The notes beneath the pieces were generated by a model, which was not told the origin of the DNA, did not search any database, and saw nothing but the letters and a program-made list of their open reading frames with translations. Shown in pieces: positions 18,393 to 26,185 of a DNA stretch of 32,000 bases. The stretch covers positions 1,620,001-1,652,000 of the forward strand of contig NC_000962.3 in the NCBI RefSeq assembly GCF_000195955.2, in the 5' to 3' direction. How positions within the stretch are numbered: position 1 is the stretch's first letter; each line of letters opens with the position of its first letter. The translations under genes and the position numbers were made by a program. This DNA is from Mycobacterium tuberculosis H37Rv (GTDB lineage: Bacteria > Actinomycetota > Actinomycetes > Mycobacteriales > Mycobacteriaceae).

Positions 18393-19646
18393 GAAACCTC
18401 ACCGCGAATACATGAGCTGATCCGCGAGGCAGCGCGAATCGCCCTCAACCCGACCCAGGAATGGCTCGACGAATTCGACCGTGCCATTCTGGCCGCCAAC
18501 CCATCCATCGCTGCCGACCCCGCCCTGGCCACCGTTGTCAAGCGTTCCAATCGGGCGCATCTCATCCATTTCGCGGCCGCCAACCTGCGCAATCCCGGCG
18601 CCCCGGTGCCCGCGAACCTTGGTCCCGAGCCGCTGCGCATGGCCCGTGATCTCGTGCGCGTCGGTTTAGATGCCTTGGCCCTCGACATCTACCGCATCGG
18701 ACAAAACGTGGCCTGGCGGCGCTGGACGGACATCGCGTTCGGACTGACCTCCGACCCCGACGAGTTGCACGAATTACTGGATGTGCCATTTCGGACAGCC
18801 AACGAGTTCGTCGACACCACCCTTGCGGGCATCACCACCGAGATGCAATTGGAACGCGACAAGCTCACCCGCGACGTTCCTGCCGAACGCCGCAAAATCG
18901 TCCAGCTGCTCATCGACGGTGCCCCCATCAGCCGTGAGCACGCCGAAGCGCGATTGGGCTACCCTCTCGACCGATCCCACACCGCCGCCGTCATCTGGGG
19001 TGACCAGGCCCAGGGCGACCACAGCCACCTGGACCGAGTCGCCGACGCGTTCGGCCATGCCGGCGGATGCCCGCACCCGCTGGTCGTGGTAGCCGGCGCC
19101 GCGACTCGCTGGGTGTGGGTAAAAGACGCCCCCGGGTTTGACATCGACCTGATTCACGAGGTGCTCCATGACATACCCGACGCGCGTATCGCCATCGGGG
19201 CCACCGCGCCGGGAATCGAGGGGTTCCGGCGCAGCCACCGAGACGCACTCACCACCGCTCGGATGATTATCCGGCTGGAATCACCGCACCGAGTCGCCTT
19301 TTTCACCGACGTCGAGATGGTCGCGTTGCTCACCGAAAACGCCGAGGGTGCCGACGACTTCATCCAACGCACCCTCGGAAACCTCGAGTCGGCCAGCCCG
19401 GCTCTGAAAACGACGCTATTGACCTTCATCAACCAGCAGTGCAACGCTTCTCGGGCCGCGAGACTTCTCTTCACCCACCGCAACACCTTGATGAACCGAC
19501 TCGAGACCGCGCAACGACTTCTGCCCCGCCCTCTCGCCGACACCACCATTCACGTCGCCGTCGCACTCGAAGCCCAGCAGTGGCGGGAGAAGCCAACCAG
19601 CGATCCTCCGGCAAAGAAAGAGTCGAATGGCACCAAGATGCGTTAG
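18381..19646 (+). CDS. PucR/CdaR-type transcriptional activator (Rv1453-like)
   Basis: The ORF ends at TAG 19644-19646. The C-terminal helix-turn-helix CNASRAARLLFTHRNTLMNRLETAQRLL is typical of the PucR C-terminal HTH. I chose GTG 18381 as start. The track's 18120 start would read antisense through the PE_PGRS28 PE domain. TTG 18387 is an alternative start. Confidence 0.8.
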   Translation: MALRETSPRIHELIREAARIALNPTQEWLDEFDRAILAANPSIAADPALATVVKRSNRAHLIHFAAANLRNPGAPVPANLGPEPLRMARDLVRVGLDALALDIYRIGQNVAWRRWTDIAFGLTSDPDELHELLDVPFRTANEFVDTTLAGITTEMQLERDKLTRDVPAERRKIVQLLIDGAPISREHAEARLGYPLDRSHTAAVIWGDQAQGDHSHLDRVADAFGHAGGCPHPLVVVAGAATRWVWVKDAPGFDIDLIHEVLHDIPDARIAIGATAPGIEGFRRSHRDALTTARMIIRLESPHRVAFFTDVEMVALLTENAEGADDFIQRTLGNLESASPALKTTLLTFINQQCNASRAARLLFTHRNTLMNRLETAQRLLPRPLADTTIHVAVALEAQQWREKPTSDPPAKKESNGTKMR

Positions 19647-19673
19647 CAAGACAGCGCAGCACAGACCGCTACG

Positions 19674-20660
19674 CTACGGCAGCAGCACGACCGAGCCGAC
19701 CGTCTTGCGAGCCTCCAGGTCCTGATGGGCGCGCAAGGCGTCGGCCAGCGGGTAACGTCCGCCGACCGCCACGGTGATCGCTTCGCTGCCGATCGCGTCG
19801 AACAGCTCAGCGGCCCGCCAGCTGAACTCCTCGCCGGTGCGGGTGAAGTGGAACAGCGAGGGACGGGTGAGGTACACCGATCCGGCGGCATTGAGGCGCT
19901 GCGGATCGACCGGTGGAACCGGACCGCTGGCGGCGCCGAACAGTGCTAATGTCCCGCGGACAGCCAGGCTGGCTAGGCTGGCGTCGAAGGTGGTGGCGCC
20001 GACACCGTCGTAAACGGCTTGCACACCGGTGCCGCCGGTCAGTTCGCGAACCCGCCCGGCGAACTGCCAGGCATCCTCCGGGTAGTCGAGAACCACGTCC
20101 GCGCCGGCATCCTTGGACAGCTTGGCCTTCTCCGCCGTCGAAACGGTGGTGATCACCCGCACCCCCAGGTGAGTGGCCCATTGTGTCAGGATCAAGCCGA
20201 CGCCGCCGGCGCCAGCATGCACCAAGACGGTGTCACCACGCTTCACCGGGTACACCGACTTCAGTAGGTAATGCGCCGTCAGGCCCTTCAGCAGCGCCGA
20301 AGCCGCTACCTCAGACGTGACGTCGTCGGGGACCTTGGCGGTCAGAGATGCTGGCGCTGTGCAGAATTCGGCGTAGGCGCCGTTGGCTGAGGCGCTGACC
20401 ACGCGGTCGCCGACGCTGATGGCGGTGTCGGCTGCGGTAACCCCTGGGCCGACGGCCTCCACCGTGCCGCATACCTCGGAGCCGATGACGAACGGGAGTT
20501 CGCGCGGATATTGCCCGGAGCGGAAGTAGGTGTCGATGAAGTTGACACCGATGGCCTCGGCCTTGATCAGGAGCTCGCCGTGGCCGGGTTGAGGTTGCGG
20601 CTGGTCGACGTGGCGTAAGACGCCTGGCCCGCCGGTTTCGGTGACTTCGATTGCGTGCAT
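19674..20660 (-). CDS. qor: NADPH:quinone oxidoreductase (zeta-crystallin-type MDR)
   Basis: MHAIEVTETGGPGVLRH aligns with Qor N-termini, and the nucleotide-binding motif is VHAGAGGVGL. I chose the ATG at 20658-20660. The track's upstream ATG (20681) adds 7 non-conserved residues. Confidence 0.88.
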   Translation of the reverse strand: MHAIEVTETGGPGVLRHVDQPQPQPGHGELLIKAEAIGVNFIDTYFRSGQYPRELPFVIGSEVCGTVEAVGPGVTAADTAISVGDRVVSASANGAYAEFCTAPASLTAKVPDDVTSEVAASALLKGLTAHYLLKSVYPVKRGDTVLVHAGAGGVGLILTQWATHLGVRVITTVSTAEKAKLSKDAGADVVLDYPEDAWQFAGRVRELTGGTGVQAVYDGVGATTFDASLASLAVRGTLALFGAASGPVPPVDPQRLNAAGSVYLTRPSLFHFTRTGEEFSWRAAELFDAIGSEAITVAVGGRYPLADALRAHQDLEARKTVGSVVLLP

Positions 20661-20679
20661 GTGGCTATCATGCCCGGGC

Positions 20680-21543
20680 ATGAAGCTTGCCCGGCCGGAC
20701 GTCTTCCATCCGCGCGTCGTTTTGGCGGGTTGGCCACAGCAGCCCGCCGGTGACGGCGACGATGCTGGGCTGGTTGCGGCCCTGCGCCACCGCGGCTTGC
20801 ATGCTGGTTGGCTGTCTTGGGACGATCCCGAAATAGTCCACGCGGATCTGGTGATTTTGCGGGCTACCCGCGATTACCCCGCGCGGCTCGACGAGTTTTT
20901 GGCCTGGACTACCCGCGTGGCCAATCTGCTGAACTCGCGGCCGGTGGTGGCCTGGAATGTCGAGCGCCGTTACCTACGTGACCTGATGGATCGGGGGGTG
21001 CCGACCGTGCCCGGCGAGGTGTATGTGCCGGGAGAGCCGGTCCGGTTGCCACGCAAAGGCCAGGTCTTCGTCGGTCCGACCATCGGTACCGGGACACGGC
21101 GCTGTAGTGCCCGGTTCGCTGCCGAGTTCGTCGCGCAACTGCACGCGGCCGGCCAGGCGGTGCTCGTTCAGCCCGGAGGTTCCGGTGACGAGACCGTGTT
21201 GGTCTTCCTTGGCGGTGAGCCGTCGCATGCGTTTACCAAGCAGGCCGACACTTGGCGCCAGACCGAGCCCGACTTCGAAATCTGGGACGTGGGTGCGGCC
21301 GCCGTGGCCGGCGCGGCCGCGCAGGTGGGTGTTGACCCAGGTGAGCTGCTCTACGCGCGGGCCCACATCACAGGTGGAAGCCGAGATCCCCGGTTGCTGG
21401 AATTGCAATTGGTGGACCCGTCGCTGGGCTGGCAGTGGCTGGACCCAGACATCCGCAATCTTGCCCAGCGTGACTTCGCGCTATGCGTCCAGTCAGCGTT
21501 GGAGCGGCTGGGGCTGGGCCCGTTCTCCCATCGACGCCCATAG
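20680..21543 (+). CDS. Conserved hypothetical protein, possibly a degenerate ATP-grasp-like fold (Rv1455-like)
   Basis: The ORF is open from 20641 to TAG 21541-21543. I preferred ATG 20680 (MKLARPDVF...) because earlier starts overlap the qor 5' end. The segment order (NSRPVVAWNVERRYLRDLMDRGVPTVP ... LVFLGGEPSHAFTK ... LLYARAHI...LLELQLVDPSL) resembles ATP-grasp enzymes. The usual Lys of the (V)KP strand reads VGP. The fold call is low confidence. Confidence 0.65.
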   Translation: MKLARPDVFHPRVVLAGWPQQPAGDGDDAGLVAALRHRGLHAGWLSWDDPEIVHADLVILRATRDYPARLDEFLAWTTRVANLLNSRPVVAWNVERRYLRDLMDRGVPTVPGEVYVPGEPVRLPRKGQVFVGPTIGTGTRRCSARFAAEFVAQLHAAGQAVLVQPGGSGDETVLVFLGGEPSHAFTKQADTWRQTEPDFEIWDVGAAAVAGAAAQVGVDPGELLYARAHITGGSRDPRLLELQLVDPSLGWQWLDPDIRNLAQRDFALCVQSALERLGLGPFSHRRP

Positions 21544-22425
21544 CGCGGCGGTGGCCGCCGTAACCGCCGCGGCACCGGCCACGTGAATGGCGACCAGGGC
21601 GGCGGGTACCCCGGTGAAGTATTGCGTGGTACCGACGGCGGCTTGCGTGGCAACCAGGGCGAGCAGCACGGCGAGTCGCACCAGAATCGCCCGGGTGGCA
21701 CCCACGGCCAGCAGCCCGAAACCCAACCCGATCAGCAGCGCAAGGTAGGCAACCAACAGCGACGAATGCATATGCACCAAGGTGGTGATTTCGACTTTCA
21801 GCCGCGGCACGGTCCGGCTGGGGCTGCGATCTCCCGCGTGCGGGCCTGCCGCCGTGACTAGCGTGCCCGTCACCAGCACCGCGGCCAGGTTCAGCGCGCT
21901 GAGCGCCGTGAGCGCACGCAACGGGCTGACCACCAGTTCGTGGACGACTCCGTCATCGGGCTGGCCGATCTTGACGTAGAGCAGCACCGCCAGCCACACC
22001 ATCGTCATCGACGCCAGCAGGTGGATGGCCACCGTCCACCACAGCAGCCCGGTGCGTACGGTGATGCCACCGATCATCGCCTGCACCACCGTCGACACCG
22101 GCATCAGCCACGCGTAGGCCAGGACTTCCGTGCGCCGGCGCGCCCGGGTGACGACCAGCACGGCCAGTGCCGCGGCTATCACCACCGCAAACGTGACCAT
22201 CCGGTTGCCGAACTCGACCGCCTGATGGACCCGCGGCACCTCGGCGACCACCACCGGGGTGAAGCTACCCGGAAAACACTGCGGCCAGGTCGGACACCCC
22301 AGGCCTGAGGCGGTAACCCGGACGATTGCCCCGGTGACGGCGATGCCGCCCTGGGTGAGGATGACGATTGCGGCGATGACCCGCTGGACACGCAGGCTGG
22401 GAGACACCGCCCGATCGTAAGGCAC
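21493..22425 (-). CDS. ctaA: Heme A synthase (COX15/CtaA family)
   Basis: Polytopic membrane ORF with the CtaA hallmark VRVTASGLGCPTWPQCFPGSF and conserved His-containing helices. GTG at 22423-22425; an adjacent TTG at 22428 is the alternative start. TGA at 21493-21495. The 3' end overlaps the convergent upstream gene by 51 nt. Confidence 0.85.
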   Translation of the reverse strand: MPYDRAVSPSLRVQRVIAAIVILTQGGIAVTGAIVRVTASGLGCPTWPQCFPGSFTPVVVAEVPRVHQAVEFGNRMVTFAVVIAAALAVLVVTRARRRTEVLAYAWLMPVSTVVQAMIGGITVRTGLLWWTVAIHLLASMTMVWLAVLLYVKIGQPDDGVVHELVVSPLRALTALSALNLAAVLVTGTLVTAAGPHAGDRSPSRTVPRLKVEITTLVHMHSSLLVAYLALLIGLGFGLLAVGATRAILVRLAVLLALVATQAAVGTTQYFTGVPAALVAIHVAGAAAVTAATAALWASMGERAQPQPLQR

Positions 22426-22466
22426 CAAAAACTACACGCTGTAGTACGGGCGGACCGGTGTCGAAA

Positions 22467-22513
22467 CTGCAACCACGCACCGATGCGTCGGCGTGTCTTG
22501 TGCGTGGTTGCAG
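22467..22513 (-). terminator. Perfect 14-bp stem / 19-nt loop hairpin downstream of the ABC-2 permease gene (candidate intrinsic terminator)
   Basis: CTGCAACCACGCAC (22467-22480) pairs perfectly with GTGCGTGGTTGCAG (22500-22513). On the minus-strand transcript it starts 24 nt after the TGA at 22537-22539 and is followed by TTTCGA. It also lies 42 nt upstream of the ctaA start. Confidence 0.5.
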
Positions 22514-22536
22514 TGTCGCGAAGCCGGGCGGCCGGT

Positions 22537-23322
22537 TCAGGTGAACCGGAACCAGCGCAGTGCGGCCAGTGCGGCCAGCGCGCCCCACACCGCTAGGACG
22601 ACGATCCCGAACCAGTCCACCGACACGGTCATGGCCTGCGACAGCGCCTCGGTGAGCGCGCCCGACGGGGTAACCCGAGCCACCCATTTGAACGCCGTCG
22701 GGATCACGTTCGACTCCAAGGTCAGCGCACCGAAACCGGCGAATACGAACCACATCAGGTTGGCGACGGCGAGAACGATCTCGGCTCGCAAGGTGCCGCC
22801 GAGTAGCAGGCCGAGCGCCGCAAAGCCCGCGGTACCCAGCGCGATGATCCCGGCGCCCAATGTCAGGGCCGTCAGCGCCGGCCGCCAGCCGAGCGCAAAG
22901 CCGATGGCGCCCAAGATGATGGCCTGCAAGAACACCACGGCAACCACTGCCAGCGACTTGCCGGCGATGATCCCCCAAACCGGCAGCGGGGTAGCACCGA
23001 GTCGTTTGAGGGCGCCGTAGCGGCGATCGAACGCGACCGCGATGGCTTGCCCGGTGAATGCGGTGGAGATCACCGCAAGCGCCATGATGACCGGAACAAA
23101 GGTGGCGGCGCGGTTGTGGCCGAACGAGCCCATCGGCAGCAAAGTCAGCCCGACCAGCAGGGTGATCGGGATGAACATGGTCAACAGCAGTTGCTCGCCG
23201 TTGCGTAACAGCAGCTTCAATTCCAGGCTGAACTGTGCGGCAAGCATCAGGGGGACGGCGTTGGGGCGGGGGTCCGGGCTGAAGGTGCCCGCGGGAAAAG
23301 CGGGGCGATTGGTTTGGGTCAC
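22537..23322 (-). CDS. ABC-2 type exporter permease (Rv1457c-like)
   Basis: Six-helix hydrophobic ORF. I chose the GTG at 23320-23322 (VTQTNRPAFPAG...) because it overlaps the stop of the upstream ATPase gene as GTGA (23319-23322). Confidence 0.85.
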   Translation of the reverse strand: MTQTNRPAFPAGTFSPDPRPNAVPLMLAAQFSLELKLLLRNGEQLLLTMFIPITLLVGLTLLPMGSFGHNRAATFVPVIMALAVISTAFTGQAIAVAFDRRYGALKRLGATPLPVWGIIAGKSLAVVAVVFLQAIILGAIGFALGWRPALTALTLGAGIIALGTAGFAALGLLLGGTLRAEIVLAVANLMWFVFAGFGALTLESNVIPTAFKWVARVTPSGALTEALSQAMTVSVDWFGIVVLAVWGALAALAALRWFRFT

Positions 23323-24260
23323 TGCCGCAACTTCCTGCCGGTGAGATCCAGGAACACGTCTTCGAGGCTGCGTTGCTCGACCCGCATGTCGGTGGCTAGC
23401 ACGTCGATTTGTGCGCACCACGCGGTGACCGTCGCCAGCACCTGCGGGTCAACCGGACCTTCGACCAGGTACTCGCCCGGGGTCAGCTCGGTGGCCTGGT
23501 AGCCCTCGGGCAGTGCCGAGGCCAGCAGCGACAGGTCGAGCCGCGGCGGCGCGGTGAACCGCAACTGGTCTTTGGCGCCGCTGCGCATCAGTTCTGCCGG
23601 TGTGCCTGCGGCCACCGTCACCCCGTGGTCGATGATCACCAACCGATCGGCGAGTTCCTCGGCCTCCTTGAGATGATGCGTGGTCAGCACCACGGTCACG
23701 CCATCGCGGCGCAGCGCGTCGATCAACTCCCACACCAGTACCCGGGCATGGGCATCCATGCCCGCGGTGGGCTCGTCGAGGAACACCAGTTGGGGACGCC
23801 CGACCAGCGCGCAGGCCAGCGCGAGTCGTTGCTGCTGCCCGCCGGAGAGCCGTCGATAGGTGGTGCGGGCGGCCTCGGTGAGACCCAAGGTGTCCAGTAG
23901 CCAGTGCGGGTCCAGCGGGTTGGCGGCGTAGGACGCGACCAGATCCAGCATTTCGCCGGCGCGTGCCGCCGGGTAGCCGCCGCCACCCTGCAACATCACG
24001 CCGATGCGTGCGCGCAGGCGTGCGTTGTCGGTGATCGGGTCCAGTCCAAGTACCTCAATGCTGCCGGCGTCCGGGCGGACGAAGCCCTCGCACATCTCGA
24101 CGGTCGTGGTCTTGCCCGCGCCGTTGGGGCCCAGCAGCGCCATCACTTCGGCGTCATGCACGTCGAGATCGAGGTTGGAAACGGCGGTTATTGACCCGTA
24201 TCGCTTACATACCCCGCGAAGCCGCAGTACCACCTCGGGGGTGTCTGGGGCGCGGTTCAC
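23319..24260 (-). CDS. ABC transporter ATP-binding protein (DrrA-like; Rv1458c-like)
   Basis: Walker A is GPNGAGKTT, the signature is LSGGQQQRL, and Walker B is LVFLDEPTAGMD. The GTG at 24258-24260 lies inside the last MIRU unit. Confidence 0.93.
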   Translation of the reverse strand: MNRAPDTPEVVLRLRGVCKRYGSITAVSNLDLDVHDAEVMALLGPNGAGKTTTVEMCEGFVRPDAGSIEVLGLDPITDNARLRARIGVMLQGGGGYPAARAGEMLDLVASYAANPLDPHWLLDTLGLTEAARTTYRRLSGGQQQRLALACALVGRPQLVFLDEPTAGMDAHARVLVWELIDALRRDGVTVVLTTHHLKEAEELADRLVIIDHGVTVAAGTPAELMRSGAKDQLRFTAPPRLDLSLLASALPEGYQATELTPGEYLVEGPVDPQVLATVTAWCAQIDVLATDMRVEQRSLEDVFLDLTGRKLRQ

Positions 24261-24366
24261 GAGCGCCGCTCCTCCTCATCGCTTCGCTCTGCATCGTCGT
24301 CGGCGCGGTTCACGAGCGCCGCTCCTCCTCATCGCTTCGCTCTGCATCGTCGTCGGCGCGGCTCAC
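24250..24366 (-). repeat. MIRU tandem repeat: two complete 53-bp units plus an 11-bp partial third. I recognise this as the MIRU-VNTR locus used in typing (MIRU16 / locus 1644)
   Basis: GCGCGGTTCAC recurs at 24250 and 24303, and GCGCGGCTCAC at 24356, giving a 53-bp period. Each unit contains GAGGAGGAG and a GTG...TGA mini-ORF on the minus strand. The repeat exactly fills the gap between the mptB stop (24363) and the ABC ATPase start (24260). Confidence 0.9.
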
Positions 24367-26138
24367 GTGGAATCAGCGTAGGCGTCGGGCGCTGCCGTCG
24401 GCCGGCGGGTCGCAGGGGTCTTGCTGGCCGACTCCGCGGCGGTGACCACTTGCTCGGCTGCAAGTGGCCGCCATGGTAACCGGGTGTAGGTCAGGGCAAT
24501 CAGGAGGATCACGATGATGGCGCTGGCCGCGGTCGCATCCACGATCTGAAACAGCGCGAAGCGGTCACCATTGGCGGTCGGACCGAAAATTCCGACGATG
24601 AGGGTGGCCAGGATTGCCGCTACCCGAAATCCCGGGCGGGTTGCCCAGGCGGCCAGCGGAATTATCGCCCACAGCAGGTACCAGGGCTGCACGACGGGAA
24701 ACAGCAGCACGGTGACAGCTAGCGCAACGCCCAGGCCGCCGATCGGGTGCAGCCGGCCGCGGAGCACGGCCAATAACAGCCAGCACACCATCACCGTGAT
24801 GATCAGCACGCCGATGGCGCGGGTGAGTGACAACACGGCGGTGGTGTGATCACCCAGGCCCAGCAGGATGCCGACGTGCCCGGTGCCCAGGGCCAGCAGT
24901 GTCGGCGGCGACATCCAGCTGCGCACCACATTGGCGGTGCCCAGCGTGTTGATCCAGCCGAATCCGAGACCGCTGGCCCAACCCAGGATGGCCATTATCG
25001 CCAGCGTTAGACTCGCCATCACAGCGGCGGCGAGCAGCAGTGCTCGCAAGTTGCCACCCCAGCGGTATGCCAGCACTGTCGTGACGAAGCCCATCGCCAG
25101 CAGCGAGGGTAGCTTCACTTGCGACGACAGCGTGATCAGGATGGAACCCGCCAGCAGCATGGCCAGGGGCCCCCATTCCGGACGGGGTTTGACTGCCCGG
25201 CTCGCGCCCGCACGCGGGGATGCCCCCAGCTCGGGCCGCCGGCTGGCCCGTATTGTGGCGGGGCCCAACCGCCAGGTTTCGGGCGACGGGCGTGGGGTAT
25301 TCGCCATATCAAGGCCGCGCAGCGCGAATTCGACGCCGGTCAGCATCAGCCCGAGCATCAGCGCTTCGTTGTGGATGCCGGCGACCAAATGCATGATCAG
25401 CAGCGGATTGGCCGCGCCTAGCCACAGCGCGCTGACCTCGGCGACGCCACAGCGCTGAGCTAGCCGAGGGGTCGCCCACACGATCAGGGTCACACCGATC
25501 AACACCACAAGCCGGTGGCAGAGCACGGCAGCGACGATGTTTTCCCCAGTCAGCGACGAGATTCCGCGGCCGATCCACAAGAACAGCGGACCATATGGCG
25601 CCGGTGTCTCCCGCCACAGGCTGGGCACCGACAGGGTGAACACGTGGCCGAGGCCCAAGCCGGACGCCGGACCCACCCGGTAAGGGTCGAGTCCGTCCCT
25701 GCCGATCTCACTTTGGGCTAGATATGAGTAGACATCCTTGCTGTACATCGGTGGTGCGATCAATAGCGGCAGCATCCAGAGCAGCAGGGTGCGGTCCAGT
25801 TTGCCGCGCGACATCCGCCGCCTGCCCAGCGTGAACCGGCCGAGCATCAGCCAGGCCAGCGCCATCATGACCGCCCCGGTCGTGGTCATGGTCAACGACA
25901 CCGTTTGGATTCGTGACGGCAGATTGAGCAGCCGGACCCCGAAGGTGGGGTCCTGGACGACGGGTCGGGCCCCGGCGCCCAGGGCGCCGATGGCCATCAG
26001 GACGGTGCCGGTGGCCCCAAACAGGCGGGTGCGCGCCAGCGCGGTGAGCTCGGTAGTGGTCAGCGGTGCACCCACCGCCTGCTCGTCGCCATGCAGGCTG
26101 GCGATCGACCAGCTCAGCGTATGGTGGCGGGCTGCCAT
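24363..26138 (-). CDS. mptB: Polytopic GT-C family membrane glycosyltransferase; I recognise it as the alpha-1,6-mannopyranosyltransferase MptB (Rv1459c-like)
   Basis: 591-aa ORF with many hydrophobic helices. ATG at 26136-26138, TGA at 24363-24365. The function comes from remembered synteny with the Corynebacterium mptB locus next to the suf operon, not from a motif I can verify here. Confidence 0.8.
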   Translation of the reverse strand: MAARHHTLSWSIASLHGDEQAVGAPLTTTELTALARTRLFGATGTVLMAIGALGAGARPVVQDPTFGVRLLNLPSRIQTVSLTMTTTGAVMMALAWLMLGRFTLGRRRMSRGKLDRTLLLWMLPLLIAPPMYSKDVYSYLAQSEIGRDGLDPYRVGPASGLGLGHVFTLSVPSLWRETPAPYGPLFLWIGRGISSLTGENIVAAVLCHRLVVLIGVTLIVWATPRLAQRCGVAEVSALWLGAANPLLIMHLVAGIHNEALMLGLMLTGVEFALRGLDMANTPRPSPETWRLGPATIRASRRPELGASPRAGASRAVKPRPEWGPLAMLLAGSILITLSSQVKLPSLLAMGFVTTVLAYRWGGNLRALLLAAAVMASLTLAIMAILGWASGLGFGWINTLGTANVVRSWMSPPTLLALGTGHVGILLGLGDHTTAVLSLTRAIGVLIITVMVCWLLLAVLRGRLHPIGGLGVALAVTVLLFPVVQPWYLLWAIIPLAAWATRPGFRVAAILATLIVGIFGPTANGDRFALFQIVDATAASAIIVILLIALTYTRLPWRPLAAEQVVTAAESASKTPATRRPTAAPDAYADST

Positions 26139-26185
26139 TGGTGCAGCCTAACGGCATGCCCGGGAATTGCTTAGGCGATCTCAAT

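Noticed and set aside
18381-21543. Considered whether the regulator-qor-hypothetical block inserted between ctaB and ctaA is a novel accessory system or island
   Set aside because: There are no mobility genes and no flanking repeats other than the PE_PGRS duplication. Composition is normal, and the products are ordinary (PucR regulator, quinone reductase, one possibly ATP-grasp-like protein). Nothing supports a functional system beyond adjacency.
22265-22978. 237-aa minus-strand ORF spanning the ctaA start, the intergenic hairpin and the 3' part of the permease gene
   Set aside because: It crosses a strong terminator-like hairpin, is out of frame with two well-supported membrane-protein genes, and is Arg/Gly-rich wrong-frame sequence.
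24250-24366. Considered whether the 53-bp tandem repeat could be a small CRISPR array
   Set aside because: The units abut directly with no spacers. There are only about 2.2 copies and no cas genes nearby. The sequence matches the MIRU unit also seen at 5362-5418.
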